Below are positions 18,302-27,997 of a stretch of 64,000 nt of DNA, piece after piece. Source of the stretch: Bianqueaceae bacterium (GTDB lineage Bacteria; Bacillota; Clostridia; Lachnospirales; Bianqueaceae). The notes below the pieces were generated by a model. The model had not been told where the DNA came from. It did no database searches and was given only the letters and a program-made list of their open reading frames with translations. How positions within the stretch are numbered: position 1 is the stretch's first letter; every line of letters starts with the position of its first letter. The position numbers and the translations under genes are program-made. Location: positions 20,861 through 84,860 of the forward strand of contig JAZQWC010000008.1 of assembly GCA_045632125.1 (NCBI GenBank), in the 5' to 3' direction.

Positions 18302-18310
18302 AAAATATTT

Positions 18311-18353
18311 GTAGCAAATGGTCAACTATATAGTATAGTTGACCATTTGCTAC
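18311..18353. repeat. Perfect 20-bp-arm palindrome (hairpin or operator) between the 17906 and 18390 genes
   Basis: GTAGCAAATGGTCAACTATA-TAG-TATAGTTGACCATTTGCTAC. No T-run follows on the + strand. Confidence 0.85.
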
Positions 18354-18389
18354 AATAGAGAGAGCAATAGGAAAGTAAATGTGGAGAAG

Positions 18390-20000
18390 ATGAAAATGAA
18401 AAGGAAAACTATGGCAATCAGTATTGTTTTTTTCGTAAGCTTTGTAATTTGCATCACATTGCGCTGGTCACAAGTAACAGAGTTTTGGCACAAGTTGCAA
18501 AGAGATACAGTTGAAGAAAATGAATCTGTGATTCAGTTAAAAGTGTATCTAGTATCTCCACAGTCTCACGGAGATAACATATATCGTTATACCGATTATG
18601 CTTTGGGTGAGTTTATGAGCATTCAAACTGCGTATGGAGAAGAAGGATACATTTACAAAACTATGTTGGAAGAGTATCAAAGAGAAAATGAGGTGGAACT
18701 TGATATTGAATATTTTGATTATTCGGATGATTTAGATGCGCAGTTGGTTCGAGATTTGAAAAACGGGACTTTACCAGATTTGATCATTGAAAATTCAATT
18801 AATTACAATGATGCATATGCACTATTGGATGCAGATATTTTGTTGGATCTATCTTCCTATGTGGAAGAGGATGGATTGTATGATAATGATGAGTATTATA
18901 ACGAAGTCTTGAGGGCCGGACAGTATCAAGGTCAGCAAATGATCCTCCCTCTTAGTTTTAATATGAGTACCATTATGAGTTCCAAAGAATCTTTGAGTCG
19001 ATATAATATTGACCTTTCTGAAGCGGATTTGCAGGAGATGTTGGTACAGTTTGCTGGGCAAGCAAATCGAATGCAGCAAGGTGATGCGGCACAGGAACTT
19101 TTGGCACAGTTCGTTTCGCCATCAGGAGACTTTCCTGTTTTTATGTTACTGGCTGCCGGTGGTGGTGCTTTGGTGGACTATGAGGAAAAAACGGTCGAGT
19201 TGGATCAGGAGTTTTACAAATATGTGGCCGAGTTTTATAAGCAATTTGCCAGACAAGAGATGGGGAGCTTAGAGGCCGTAATTGAACAGGGTACACAGTT
19301 AGGCTTGGCGGGAAGTGTTCATGATCAAAGAATGGGTGTAGCAATGCGTTTCCAAGATCTGTATAGAACTACGGCTGCTTTTATTGAGGGTGGTAGTTGC
19401 GGTAACACTTTCATTCATTCGTTTGCAGCACAGGCGAATTATTATGAGTCTGCATATACGGATGTGGGCGAAGAATTCTGTTTGTATGGTATTCCTACCT
19501 ATAATAACGGAAATGAATATACACCTATGATTACCAGTTACGGCGCTGTTATGGTCGATACGAAGCATCCCAAAGAAGCGTATGATTTTTTGAAATACAT
19601 GATGGATCAGCCTTATTTCATGCATTTTGATTTGTCGGTGAATCGATCGGCAACTGAGCAAATGCTGAATGAGCTTTGCAATACGACGTATGAAATCATT
19701 CAAATGCGAGGATATTTTGATATTCCGGACTTGGAACTGGCAACCGATTATGAAATGAAGCCGATGTCGGAAGAAACAGAGGAAATGATTGTATATTTGT
19801 TGGATCACATGGGGGAAGCAACATTAAATAACTGTCCGGTATTTTGGAAAGTCCAAGAAAACATGCTTATGTATGTGATAGGTGAGTGCAGTTTAGAAGA
19901 AAGCTATCAAGCTTGTTTAGTAGATTTGCACGAGTACTTAAATACATTTTCGTTTGAGGGTCAAATGGCGGATGGTTTTGGATTTGATTATTCGGAATGA
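18390..20000 (+). CDS. Membrane-anchored extracellular solute-binding-protein-like protein (orphan, no adjacent ABC permease)
   Basis: N-terminal anchor MKMKRKTMAISIVFFVSFVICITL. About 536 aa, with size and composition like large family-1 SBPs. GGAG SD before ATG 18390. Assignment by eye only. Confidence 0.5.
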   Translation: MKMKRKTMAISIVFFVSFVICITLRWSQVTEFWHKLQRDTVEENESVIQLKVYLVSPQSHGDNIYRYTDYALGEFMSIQTAYGEEGYIYKTMLEEYQRENEVELDIEYFDYSDDLDAQLVRDLKNGTLPDLIIENSINYNDAYALLDADILLDLSSYVEEDGLYDNDEYYNEVLRAGQYQGQQMILPLSFNMSTIMSSKESLSRYNIDLSEADLQEMLVQFAGQANRMQQGDAAQELLAQFVSPSGDFPVFMLLAAGGGALVDYEEKTVELDQEFYKYVAEFYKQFARQEMGSLEAVIEQGTQLGLAGSVHDQRMGVAMRFQDLYRTTAAFIEGGSCGNTFIHSFAAQANYYESAYTDVGEEFCLYGIPTYNNGNEYTPMITSYGAVMVDTKHPKEAYDFLKYMMDQPYFMHFDLSVNRSATEQMLNELCNTTYEIIQMRGYFDIPDLELATDYEMKPMSEETEEMIVYLLDHMGEATLNNCPVFWKVQENMLMYVIGECSLEESYQACLVDLHEYLNTFSFEGQMADGFGFDYSE

Positions 20001-20023
20001 ATTAAAATCAGGAGGTAAATCAA

Positions 20024-20467
20024 ATGTTTAATTTAGTAGATGGCGGTTTTCTTATTTTTATGGCAGCTCTTGCAGTTACAGCAGGTTTGGTTTTCTTGAT
20101 TAAAATAGGACTAACGAAATTACTGCATCCGGTTCGCAAGGCAAAGGTTCAGGTGGCTGGAGTGGAGCGACAGGATCTGAGCGTGAATGCGGATGCGCGA
20201 AAATTAACATCGATGCCCACAAGTGGAAAAGATGTAACTCCGGTCATGAGTAATGGTGGTATGACAAGTGCCAATTTGGCCCATGCCATGGTGGATAATG
20301 TGTTTTACACGTTTTATCAGTTGGAGAAGAACAATCAGAAACTCAAGCTGAAAATCCCGGCAAATATTGGAACCAACATGGCGAAGCCGGGCGATATTGG
20401 GTATGTGACCTATCAGGATGGCGTGATCCTGAGTTTTGAAAGAATTGGAAATGTGAATGACAATTGA
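20024..20467 (+). CDS. DUF2500-like membrane protein
   Basis: One N-terminal TM helix, then a beta-rich domain ending PGDIGYVTYQDGVILSFERIG, which resembles the DUF2500 C-terminal signature. Confidence 0.55.
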   Translation: MFNLVDGGFLIFMAALAVTAGLVFLIKIGLTKLLHPVRKAKVQVAGVERQDLSVNADARKLTSMPTSGKDVTPVMSNGGMTSANLAHAMVDNVFYTFYQLEKNNQKLKLKIPANIGTNMAKPGDIGYVTYQDGVILSFERIGNVNDN

Positions 20468-20480
20468 GAATGGCAAATTT

Positions 20481-20517
20481 AAACAGGTTATATTTCAAAG
20501 TATAACCTGTTTTTTTG
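20481..20517 (+). terminator. Rho-independent terminator
   Basis: AAACAGGTTATA (20481-20492) pairs with TATAACCTGTTT (20501-20512), then a T-run. Confidence 0.85.
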
Positions 20518-20589
20518 TCGAATTCTGTTGAACATACAGGATAGATATGGTAAAGTGAAAGGTAACAAAGTTTAAAGGAAAATATTGAA

Positions 20590-21162
20590 ATGACAAAACT
20601 ACCAGAGCTGATCGTGCTGTGCGGCCTGCCCGGCGCAGGCAAATCGACCTATGCCGGACAATATGTACTGGACCATCCGGAAACGAAGGTCCTATCTTCC
20701 GATGGAATTCGCAAGGAATTATATGGAGATGAGTCAATTCAGGGAAATCCGGCGGATGTGTTTGATCTGATGAAGAAACGGGCGGCAGAGTATTTGAATG
20801 AGGGAATCGATGTGATTTACGATGCCACCGGTATGATGCGGATGCACCGAGGTGAGATCGTGTCCTTTGTGCCGGAGAGTATACCGAAGCGCTGTGTCAT
20901 TATATGGGCGAGTCTGGAAGAGTGCATTGAGCGTGATAGCAATAGAAAGCGCACAGTCAGTAGAGAAATCATTGAAATGCTGGCTAAGACTTTTGAGCCT
21001 CCATGCTGTGATGAAGGATTTAAGGAAATCAGCATCATTATGCCGGAGGATTTTGATAAAGATCAGTATGAAGAAGAGTATCAAAAGGGCGTGAAAGCTT
21101 GGCGGGATCGCCCAAGAGGTCAAAATGTGATCAGCTGGATGGAGTATGGTTTGAAGAAATGA
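20590..21162 (+). CDS. P-loop kinase (AAA_33 / polynucleotide-kinase-like ATP-binding protein)
   Basis: Walker A GLPGAGKST near the N-terminus, about 190 aa, with D..R and RDSNR segments typical of small nucleotide/polynucleotide kinases. Confidence 0.7.
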   Translation: MTKLPELIVLCGLPGAGKSTYAGQYVLDHPETKVLSSDGIRKELYGDESIQGNPADVFDLMKKRAAEYLNEGIDVIYDATGMMRMHRGEIVSFVPESIPKRCVIIWASLEECIERDSNRKRTVSREIIEMLAKTFEPPCCDEGFKEISIIMPEDFDKDQYEEEYQKGVKAWRDRPRGQNVISWMEYGLKK

Positions 21163-21288
21163 GGTCTTCCCTTTTTTGAAAACTTATGGTATACTAAACG
21201 ATGATTTAAGTCTTGCAGGATGATCTGCAAGAGCATATACAAGATGATGTTGCCGCCTGCGGCGGCTATAAAATAAGGAGGATGCAAG

Positions 21289-21540
21289 ATGTATACATAT
21301 CAGACTAAAGGCGTTTGTTCTCGTCAGATCAGCTTTGAGCTGAAGGACGGCAAGGTTTATAACTGTTCTTTCGTTGGCGGCTGCAATGGTAACTTGAAGG
21401 GTATCTGCAAGCTGATCGAAGGCATGGATGCTAAAGAAGTAATTGCTCGCGTTAAGGGTAATACCTGCGGCCCCAAGAACACTTCCTGCCCCGACCAGTT
21501 GGCGCTGGCATTGGAAGCTGCTCTGGCTCAGGAAGCATAA
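21289..21540 (+). CDS. TSCPD domain protein (TIGR03905-type)
   Basis: 83 aa with GGCNGNLKG...GNTCGPKNTSCPDQLA, including the eponymous TSCPD motif. Confidence 0.85.
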   Translation: MYTYQTKGVCSRQISFELKDGKVYNCSFVGGCNGNLKGICKLIEGMDAKEVIARVKGNTCGPKNTSCPDQLALALEAALAQEA

Positions 21541-21561
21541 TTGAATATTAAAAATGACTCA

Positions 21562-21597
21562 GCACGCTGCATGCATTTGCGGCGTGCGCATTTTTTT
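21562..21597 (+). terminator. Rho-independent terminator
   Basis: GC-rich stem GCACGCTGCA / TGCGGCGTGC with a T-run at 21591-21597. Confidence 0.6.
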
Positions 21598-21627
21598 AGA
21601 ATGAAATCATGATAAAGAGGATTAAAG

Positions 21628-22989
21628 ATGGGCGCAAAAGCTAAAAATATGAATCTGACAGAGGGAACTATTTGGAAGCAGATTGTATTGTTCGCCTTCC
21701 CTTTGATGTGTAGTAATCTGTTTCAACAGTTGTATAATACGGCAGACTCTATGGTGGTGGGTCGCTTTGTGGGCAGTACGGCGCTGGCGGCGGTGGGTTC
21801 CACCGGTTCGGTGACGGGACTGCTGGTTGCTTTTTCTATTGGCATGGGCACCGGCTCCGGTGTGGTGATCTCGCAATATTATGGTGCTAAAGATCACGAG
21901 AATCTGCATAAGGCAGTGCATACCGCGATGGCACTGGCCATTGCCCTAGGTATTGGACTAGGCATTTTGGGTGTCATTTTATCGCCTACCTTGCTGCGCT
22001 GGATGGGAACGCCCGAGGATGTTATGGATCAGGCAGTGCTGTATCTGCGGATCAATTTCTCCGGCCTGGTTTCCATGATCGTGTATAATTTGGGTGCCGG
22101 CATATTGAGGGCGGTGGGCGATTCTAAGCGGCCGCTGTACTATTTGGTGATCGCCGGTGTGACCAATGTAATTTTGAATGTGATTTTTGTAGTCTTTTTC
22201 CATATGGGCGTGGCCGGTGTTTCGGTGGCTACGATTTGTTCCCAAGTGTTGTCTTCGTTTTTGGTACTGCGTAACTTGACAAAAGCGGCCGGTCCGTACA
22301 GGTTGAATTTCAAAGACGTTCGGTTCCATAAAGAAATCTTCTTTAAAATTGCGAAGATCGGTTTTCCGGCCAGTATTCAGTCTATGGTGATCTCACTTTC
22401 CAATATTGTGATTCAATCTAAGGTTAATGCCTTTGGATCTGCAGCTATGGCCGGTCATTCTGCAGCTAGTCGTGTGGATGCTATGGTGTATATGCCCATG
22501 GGTGCGATTGCGCTAGCCACCACTACTTTCGCAGCACAGAATCTGGGAGCGCGTAAATTGGATCGTGTTCGAAAAGGTGCACGTACAGCTGTGATGTTGG
22601 CGATTGGTGTTACCATCGTGCTCGGTGGTTTGGCGTCGTTGGCAGCGGAACCGATCATCAAAATGTTTGCGGATGAAAAAGACGTAATTGATTATGGTAT
22701 GATGTCATTGCAGATTCGCTGCAGTACCTACTTCCTATTTGCGATGACCGATGTATTGGGCGGTGTGATCCGCGGAAGCGGTAATGCGGTGGTGCCCATG
22801 TGCATCTCCCTTACAAATATGTGCGTGGTTCGTATCATTTGGCTGATGATCGCCACAAATATTTGGAACGATTTTAGTATTGTTGTGATTACCTATCCCA
22901 TGACTTGGGCGCTGGCTTCCTTATGTTACCTGTTGTACTATTGGAAAGGTGGTTGGATGGAAAAATGGGAACAGGAGCACAGCTCATAA
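21628..22989 (+). CDS. MATE family efflux transporter
   Basis: 453 aa, 12 predicted TM segments, N-terminus GTIWKQIVLFAFPLMCSNLFQQLYNTADSMVVG typical of MATE. Confidence 0.88.
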   Translation: MGAKAKNMNLTEGTIWKQIVLFAFPLMCSNLFQQLYNTADSMVVGRFVGSTALAAVGSTGSVTGLLVAFSIGMGTGSGVVISQYYGAKDHENLHKAVHTAMALAIALGIGLGILGVILSPTLLRWMGTPEDVMDQAVLYLRINFSGLVSMIVYNLGAGILRAVGDSKRPLYYLVIAGVTNVILNVIFVVFFHMGVAGVSVATICSQVLSSFLVLRNLTKAAGPYRLNFKDVRFHKEIFFKIAKIGFPASIQSMVISLSNIVIQSKVNAFGSAAMAGHSAASRVDAMVYMPMGAIALATTTFAAQNLGARKLDRVRKGARTAVMLAIGVTIVLGGLASLAAEPIIKMFADEKDVIDYGMMSLQIRCSTYFLFAMTDVLGGVIRGSGNAVVPMCISLTNMCVVRIIWLMIATNIWNDFSIVVITYPMTWALASLCYLLYYWKGGWMEKWEQEHSS

Positions 22990-23011
22990 TAGATACGAAA
23001 GGAAGTAACAA

Positions 23012-24907
23012 ATGATGAAACTTGTATTTACCGGTGACCTGCAGGCCTTACAGGCAGGTATTATGGAATTGGAAGCTCAGCTGGGCATCGAACTGGCAGA
23101 GGGTGGCTATAATTTTGTACTGAAGCAGGTGGCAGAGCCTACTTTGAAGGTGAGCCTGCATGGCGCACAAGGTACCATTGTATACAGTGAACGTTGCCAG
23201 TTTTTCCGCGCGCTGGGCCTTGCTGTGCAGCAGCTGCAGGAAGGCGTAACTGAATTTGATTTGCAAGAAAAACCGCAGTTTACCATGAATGGTCCCATGT
23301 TCGATATGTCCCAGGGTAATGCTGCCTTTAATGTGAAGACGCTGAAATCCATTATTCGTCAGCTGGCGCTGATGGGATTAAATACTTTGATGGTTTACTG
23401 CGAAGACTCCTTCGAAGTGAAGAAACAGCCCTATTTTGGCTACATGCGTGCCCGCTACAGTGAAGAAGAGATGCGGGAACTGGACGATTATGCTTATTCT
23501 TTGGGTATTGAGATGATCCCCTGTATTCAGACACTGGCCCACATGCCCGATACCCTGCGCTGGTCCTGCTTTGATAATATTCGTGACTATGCGGAGTGCC
23601 TGCTGGTGGGTAAGGAAGAGACCTATGTATTTGTACGCGACCTGATCGAAGCTGCGTCCCGCCCATTCCGTACCAAGAAGATCCATATCGGCATGGACGA
23701 GGCCTTTAATCTGGGCCGCGGCAGTTATATCGATGAGTTTGGATATGAAGAAGGCGGCGAGATCATGCGCAAACATCTGGCTCGTGTTATGGAGATCGTG
23801 AATGAGTTGGGTCTGCAGCCCATGATGTGGGACGACATGTTCTTCCGTACCTTTGGCAATAAAAGCTACTTCCAGCCCGGTGCCACCGTGCCGCAGAGTG
23901 CCCGAGAATTGGTACCTGCCGGCATGAAGTGCATCTACTGGGATTATTATAAACTCACCGAAGAGGTGTATGACGATCTGATGCGTCAGCACATGGAACT
24001 TTCGGACAACGTGGTCTTCGCCGGCGGCTGCTGGACCTGGGTGGGCTTCAGCCTTGCTTGGGAAAAAACCAAAATTGCCACTGAAGCAGCTCTAAATGTG
24101 TGCAAGCGCCGGGGCATCAAGGAAGTTTTCATGACCACTTGGGGTGATAATGGTACCGAGTGCCTGATCAACACCAACCTGATCGGTTGTCAGCTCTATG
24201 CAGAACACGGCTATGCCGATACGATCGACTACGAAAAGTTGGAAAAACGCTTCCGTTTTTGCACCGGCGGTGAAGTGAGTGACTTTGCCAAGCTGGAGCT
24301 GCTGGATCGTAATCCTCAAAACGCTGAGATCGCAGATCATTCCAGCAACAATGCCTCCAAATACTTGATGTGGCAGGATATTTTGACCGGTCTATGTGAT
24401 AAAAACATCGAAGGCTACGAGTTGGATGCTCATTATGCTGCGCTGGCAGAGGACTTAAAAGCGGCCGTGGGCCGAAACGGACAGTTTGATGGCAATTTCG
24501 AATATAGCTACCATGCCGCCCATGTACTGGCCCTTAAGAGTCAAATGGGTCTGCGGCTGACCGCCGCATACAAAGACGGAGACCGCGAGGCACTGGCAAA
24601 CTTTGCCCGAGTGGAACTGCCGGAATTGCGAGATCGTTTTATTGAAATGCGAAAAGTACACATGAAAAACTGGTTCAAAATCTATAAAGCCTTTGGCTGG
24701 GATGTTATGGATATGCGCTATGGTTCTCTGCTGGCTCGTATCGACAGCGCCATTGTGGAGATCGAGGCCTATCTGTCCGGTGAGATGGAACGGATTGAAG
24801 AACTGGAGGAAGAACGTCGTTATTATGGTGGTCAGCCCGGCTCCATCCGCTACTTGAATTTCTTTGGTGATATCGTATCTCCGTCCCGTATTGCACCTAA
24901 GGCATAA
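23012..24907 (+). CDS. GH20 family beta-N-acetylhexosaminidase (cytoplasmic, ~630-aa type)
   Basis: Catalytic HIGMDEA (HxGxDE) motif. No signal peptide. Size matches intracellular GH20 exo-hexosaminidases. Confidence 0.8.
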   Translation: MMKLVFTGDLQALQAGIMELEAQLGIELAEGGYNFVLKQVAEPTLKVSLHGAQGTIVYSERCQFFRALGLAVQQLQEGVTEFDLQEKPQFTMNGPMFDMSQGNAAFNVKTLKSIIRQLALMGLNTLMVYCEDSFEVKKQPYFGYMRARYSEEEMRELDDYAYSLGIEMIPCIQTLAHMPDTLRWSCFDNIRDYAECLLVGKEETYVFVRDLIEAASRPFRTKKIHIGMDEAFNLGRGSYIDEFGYEEGGEIMRKHLARVMEIVNELGLQPMMWDDMFFRTFGNKSYFQPGATVPQSARELVPAGMKCIYWDYYKLTEEVYDDLMRQHMELSDNVVFAGGCWTWVGFSLAWEKTKIATEAALNVCKRRGIKEVFMTTWGDNGTECLINTNLIGCQLYAEHGYADTIDYEKLEKRFRFCTGGEVSDFAKLELLDRNPQNAEIADHSSNNASKYLMWQDILTGLCDKNIEGYELDAHYAALAEDLKAAVGRNGQFDGNFEYSYHAAHVLALKSQMGLRLTAAYKDGDREALANFARVELPELRDRFIEMRKVHMKNWFKIYKAFGWDVMDMRYGSLLARIDSAIVEIEAYLSGEMERIEELEEERRYYGGQPGSIRYLNFFGDIVSPSRIAPKA

Positions 24908-24949
24908 AAGGAGACCAGGTTATGATGTTCACCCTCTGAGGATAAGACT

Positions 24950-25840
24950 ATGATGACTATTTTACTTTATGTTGCTGTGGTTGCGGTTTCTTGTGCGAAG
25001 TCGGCGTTTCTTAAACAGAACACTCGCAGCGGTGATGGCAGCGTTGATAGTGCGAATACCTTCAATTTGTTTAAAGCCATTGCAGTATTTGCGGTACTGT
25101 TTATCATTTTTCTATTTGATGGCAGTTGGAACGCAGCAACCATCGGTTGGGGCACAGCTTACGGCGCCTTACTGAGTCTGTCGATGATTACCGGTTATTA
25201 CGCATTGAAAGCCGGTCCTATGGCGCTGACCTCGATGATCGTTTCGTTCTCGCTGGTGATACCCTATGGCTATGGCCTTATATTTTTGGGTGAGAAACCA
25301 AAACCAATTCAAGTAGTTGGCTTGGGTATGTTTCTGCTGTCTTTGGTGCTGGTCAACTGGCAAAAGTTACGAGGAAAGGGAGGGCACGCTACGGCTCAGC
25401 CGCAAAAGGCTTCCGGTCGCTGGGCACTGCTTACGGCGTGTACGCTCATATTCGATGGTCTGTGTTCGGTGGTACAAAAAGGCCATCAAAATTTGTATCC
25501 CGGCATGTATACGTCATGGTTTATGGCGGTGGCAGGTCTAACGGCGTGTATTGTATTTGTGATCCGATTTGTAGGGCAGAAGAATAAACTTACGCTGAAA
25601 GCCAGTAAGGCAATAAAATACGGTGTTTTGAGCGGCAGCTGCAACGGAATTTATAGTTTACTGCTATTGGTTTTGGCGGCTACCGAAAAGGCCAGTATTT
25701 TGTATCCGGTGGTTTCGGCGGGTACTATGCTGAGCGTATTCATAGTTGGACAGGTGGTTTTCAAAGAGAAGATGTCTTTGCTGCAAACGGCAGGCTTTGT
25801 GGTAGGCCTTTTGGCAATTATAATGCTGAAAGCACTGTGA
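24950..25840 (+). CDS. DMT-superfamily (EamA-like) membrane transporter
   Basis: 296 aa with about 10 hydrophobic segments in a 5+5 arrangement. By-eye assignment. Confidence 0.6.
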   Translation: MMTILLYVAVVAVSCAKSAFLKQNTRSGDGSVDSANTFNLFKAIAVFAVLFIIFLFDGSWNAATIGWGTAYGALLSLSMITGYYALKAGPMALTSMIVSFSLVIPYGYGLIFLGEKPKPIQVVGLGMFLLSLVLVNWQKLRGKGGHATAQPQKASGRWALLTACTLIFDGLCSVVQKGHQNLYPGMYTSWFMAVAGLTACIVFVIRFVGQKNKLTLKASKAIKYGVLSGSCNGIYSLLLLVLAATEKASILYPVVSAGTMLSVFIVGQVVFKEKMSLLQTAGFVVGLLAIIMLKAL

Positions 25841-25936
25841 TTTTTGAATCAAAAAACGCGATTTGGATGAAGTGCACAAATATTGATGGCAGGTCTTCAA
25901 TAGGCGTTGTATAAAATAGAAAAGTTTGCTTTTCCG

Positions 25937-25965
25937 TTGCCATTCCCTGAAAGAAAGTGTATAAT
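25937..25965 (+). promoter_or_regulatory. Candidate sigma-A promoter of the transketolase operon
   Basis: TTGCCA (25937-25942), 17-nt spacer, TATAAT (25960-25965). Confidence 0.55.
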
Positions 25966-26031
25966 AGGGAGGTAATTATGCTATGTTACTACGGCGTGTT
26001 GTACACGCGTTAAATTAGATTGGAGATTAAA

Positions 26032-26874
26032 ATGACACCTGAGAAGCTGAAAGAATTACAGATCATGGCTTGCAAGGTTCGTATGGGCATCATTGAAGGT
26101 ACCCATGCTGCCAAGTGTGGCCACCCGGGCGGTAGCCTTTCTGCAGCCGAGATGTTTACCTACTTGTATTTTAATGAATTGAATGTAGATCCCGAAAATC
26201 CCACTTGGGAAGATCGTGATCGTTTTGTATTGTCTAAGGGCCACACTGCCCCTGGTTTGTACGCTGCGCTGGCACATCGTGGCTTCTTCCCTGTGGAAGA
26301 TCTGACTACTTTGCGTAAGATCGGCAGCTATCTGCAGGGTCATCCTTGTATGGATAAAACTCCCGGTGTAGATATGTCCACCGGTAGCTTGGGTCAGGGT
26401 GTTTCTACCGCAGCCGGTATGGCTTTGGGTCTGAAATACATGAACAAGAAAAACCGTGTATATGCTCTGCTGGGTGACGGCGAGATCCAGGAAGGCCAGG
26501 TTTGGGAGGCTATGATGTTCTCCGCTCATTATGACTTGGACAACCTGTGTATCATTGTGGATAACAATAACTTGCAGATCGATGGTGCCATCGATGAGGT
26601 TATGAGTCCCTATCCCATCGATGAAAAAATGAAAGCTTTCGGTTTGGAAGTGGAAGTGATCGACGGTCACGACTTCGAACAGATCGAAGCTGCATTGAAT
26701 CGTGCAAAAGAGACCAAGGGTAAACCCTATGGTATTATTTTGAAGACTGTGAAGGGTAAAGGCGTTTCCTTCATGGAAAACCAGGCCGGATGGCATGGTA
26801 AAGCACCCAATGACGCTGAATATGAAATCGCAATGAATGAGCTGAGAGCTCAGCTTGCAGAATTGGAGGCTTAA
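26032..26874 (+). CDS. Transketolase, N-terminal (TPP-binding) subunit
   Basis: GHPGGSLS, SKGHTAP and GDGEIQEG motifs of split transketolases. GGAG SD lies 6 nt before ATG 26032. Confidence 0.92.
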   Translation: MTPEKLKELQIMACKVRMGIIEGTHAAKCGHPGGSLSAAEMFTYLYFNELNVDPENPTWEDRDRFVLSKGHTAPGLYAALAHRGFFPVEDLTTLRKIGSYLQGHPCMDKTPGVDMSTGSLGQGVSTAAGMALGLKYMNKKNRVYALLGDGEIQEGQVWEAMMFSAHYDLDNLCIIVDNNNLQIDGAIDEVMSPYPIDEKMKAFGLEVEVIDGHDFEQIEAALNRAKETKGKPYGIILKTVKGKGVSFMENQAGWHGKAPNDAEYEIAMNELRAQLAELEA

Positions 26875-26877
26875 GTC

Positions 26878-27819
26878 ATGGCTGAAGTTAAGAAAATTGC
26901 CACCAGAGATAGCTACGGTAATGCTTTGAAAGAGCTGGCCCGTGAGCATGACAATATCGTGGTTATGGATGCCGATCTGGCTGAAGCAACCAAGACCATC
27001 GTTTTCAAAAAAGAATTCCCCAATCGTCATTTTGACTGTGGTATTGCTGAGCAGAATATGATCAGCGCTGCTGCCGGCCTGAGCACCACCGGTGTGGTTC
27101 CCTTTGTCAGCAGCTTTGCAATGTTTGCAGCCGGTCGTGCCTTCGAGCAGATCCGCAACAGCGTTGCTTATCCTAAAAATAATGTTAAGATCTGTGCTTC
27201 CCATGCAGGTATCTCTGTAGGTGAAGATGGTGCCAGCCATCAGTGCTGCGAAGACATCGCCCTGATGCGTACCCTGCCTAACATGGTAGTTATGTGCCCC
27301 GCCGATGACGTGGAAGCCCGTGCTGCTGTAAAGGCTGCCTATGAGTATGAAGGACCTGTTTACATGCGTTTGGGCCGTCTGGCTGTTCCGGTATTCAATG
27401 AAGAAGAAGGTTTTGAATTTGAAATCGGTAAAGGTCAGGTAGTTCATGAGGGTAACGACATTACCATCATTGCCAATGGTCTGATGGTTAAGGAAGCTAT
27501 GGATGCTGCCAAGATCATGGAAGAAAAGGGTGTTGGCGTGCGTGTCATCAATATGTGCACCATTAAGCCTCTGGATAACGAACTGGTGCTGAAGGCTGCT
27601 AAAGAAACCGGCCGCATCATCACCGCTGAAGAGCATTCCATCATTGGTGGTTTGGGTGAGGCTGTTTCCAGTCTGCTTTCCGAGCAGTGCCCCACTCCCG
27701 TTAAACGCGTGGGCGTTAACGATACCTTTGGTCACTCCGGTCCTGCTGTTGACCTGCTGAAGCAGTTTGGTCTGTCCGCAGAGCATCTGGTAGAAGTCGT
27801 AGAAGAATTTTTGAAATAA
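26878..27819 (+). CDS. Transketolase, C-terminal (pyrimidine-binding) subunit
   Basis: FDCGIAEQNM and GEDGASHQ motifs. Immediately follows the N-terminal subunit. Confidence 0.92.
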   Translation: MAEVKKIATRDSYGNALKELAREHDNIVVMDADLAEATKTIVFKKEFPNRHFDCGIAEQNMISAAAGLSTTGVVPFVSSFAMFAAGRAFEQIRNSVAYPKNNVKICASHAGISVGEDGASHQCCEDIALMRTLPNMVVMCPADDVEARAAVKAAYEYEGPVYMRLGRLAVPVFNEEEGFEFEIGKGQVVHEGNDITIIANGLMVKEAMDAAKIMEEKGVGVRVINMCTIKPLDNELVLKAAKETGRIITAEEHSIIGGLGEAVSSLLSEQCPTPVKRVGVNDTFGHSGPAVDLLKQFGLSAEHLVEVVEEFLK

Positions 27820-27838
27820 ATTATAGAAATCAATAAGT

Positions 27839-27889
27839 AAAAGTCAGTCCAAAGAGCACCATTGCTGTGCTGTAAGGACTGACTTTTTT
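27839..27889 (+). terminator. Rho-independent terminator
   Basis: AAAAGTCAGTCC (27839-27850) pairs with GGACTGACTTTT (27876-27887), then T's. Confidence 0.8.
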
Positions 27890-27911
27890 GTTGTTGAAAT
27901 CAATACTTTTA

Positions 27912-27940
27912 TTGCGGAATAAGGCCACGCTTGCTATAAT
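27912..27940 (+). promoter_or_regulatory. Candidate sigma-A promoter of the MMPL-GLUG operon
   Basis: TTGCGG (27912-27917), 17-nt spacer, TATAAT (27935-27940). Confidence 0.5.
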
Positions 27941-27997
27941 ATCATCATGGGAGAAACTGTGCTTTTTCCGGATTTTGTATGTAATTTGGAGGTAGTT

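Noticed and set aside
16100-20580. Calling the AT-rich island a prophage, IS or integrative element
   Set aside because: I could identify no integrase, transposase, recombinase, tRNA target or flanking direct repeats. Only the composition and gene content suggest foreign origin, so it is reported as an island hypothesis, not a mobile element.
26056-27786. 576-aa ORF on the minus strand spanning both transketolase genes
   Set aside because: It is antisense to two genes with unambiguous transketolase motifs. Its translation is low-complexity (His/Gly/Thr/Asn/Phe-rich) with no SD or family motif. This is a typical shadow ORF of a strongly codon-biased region.
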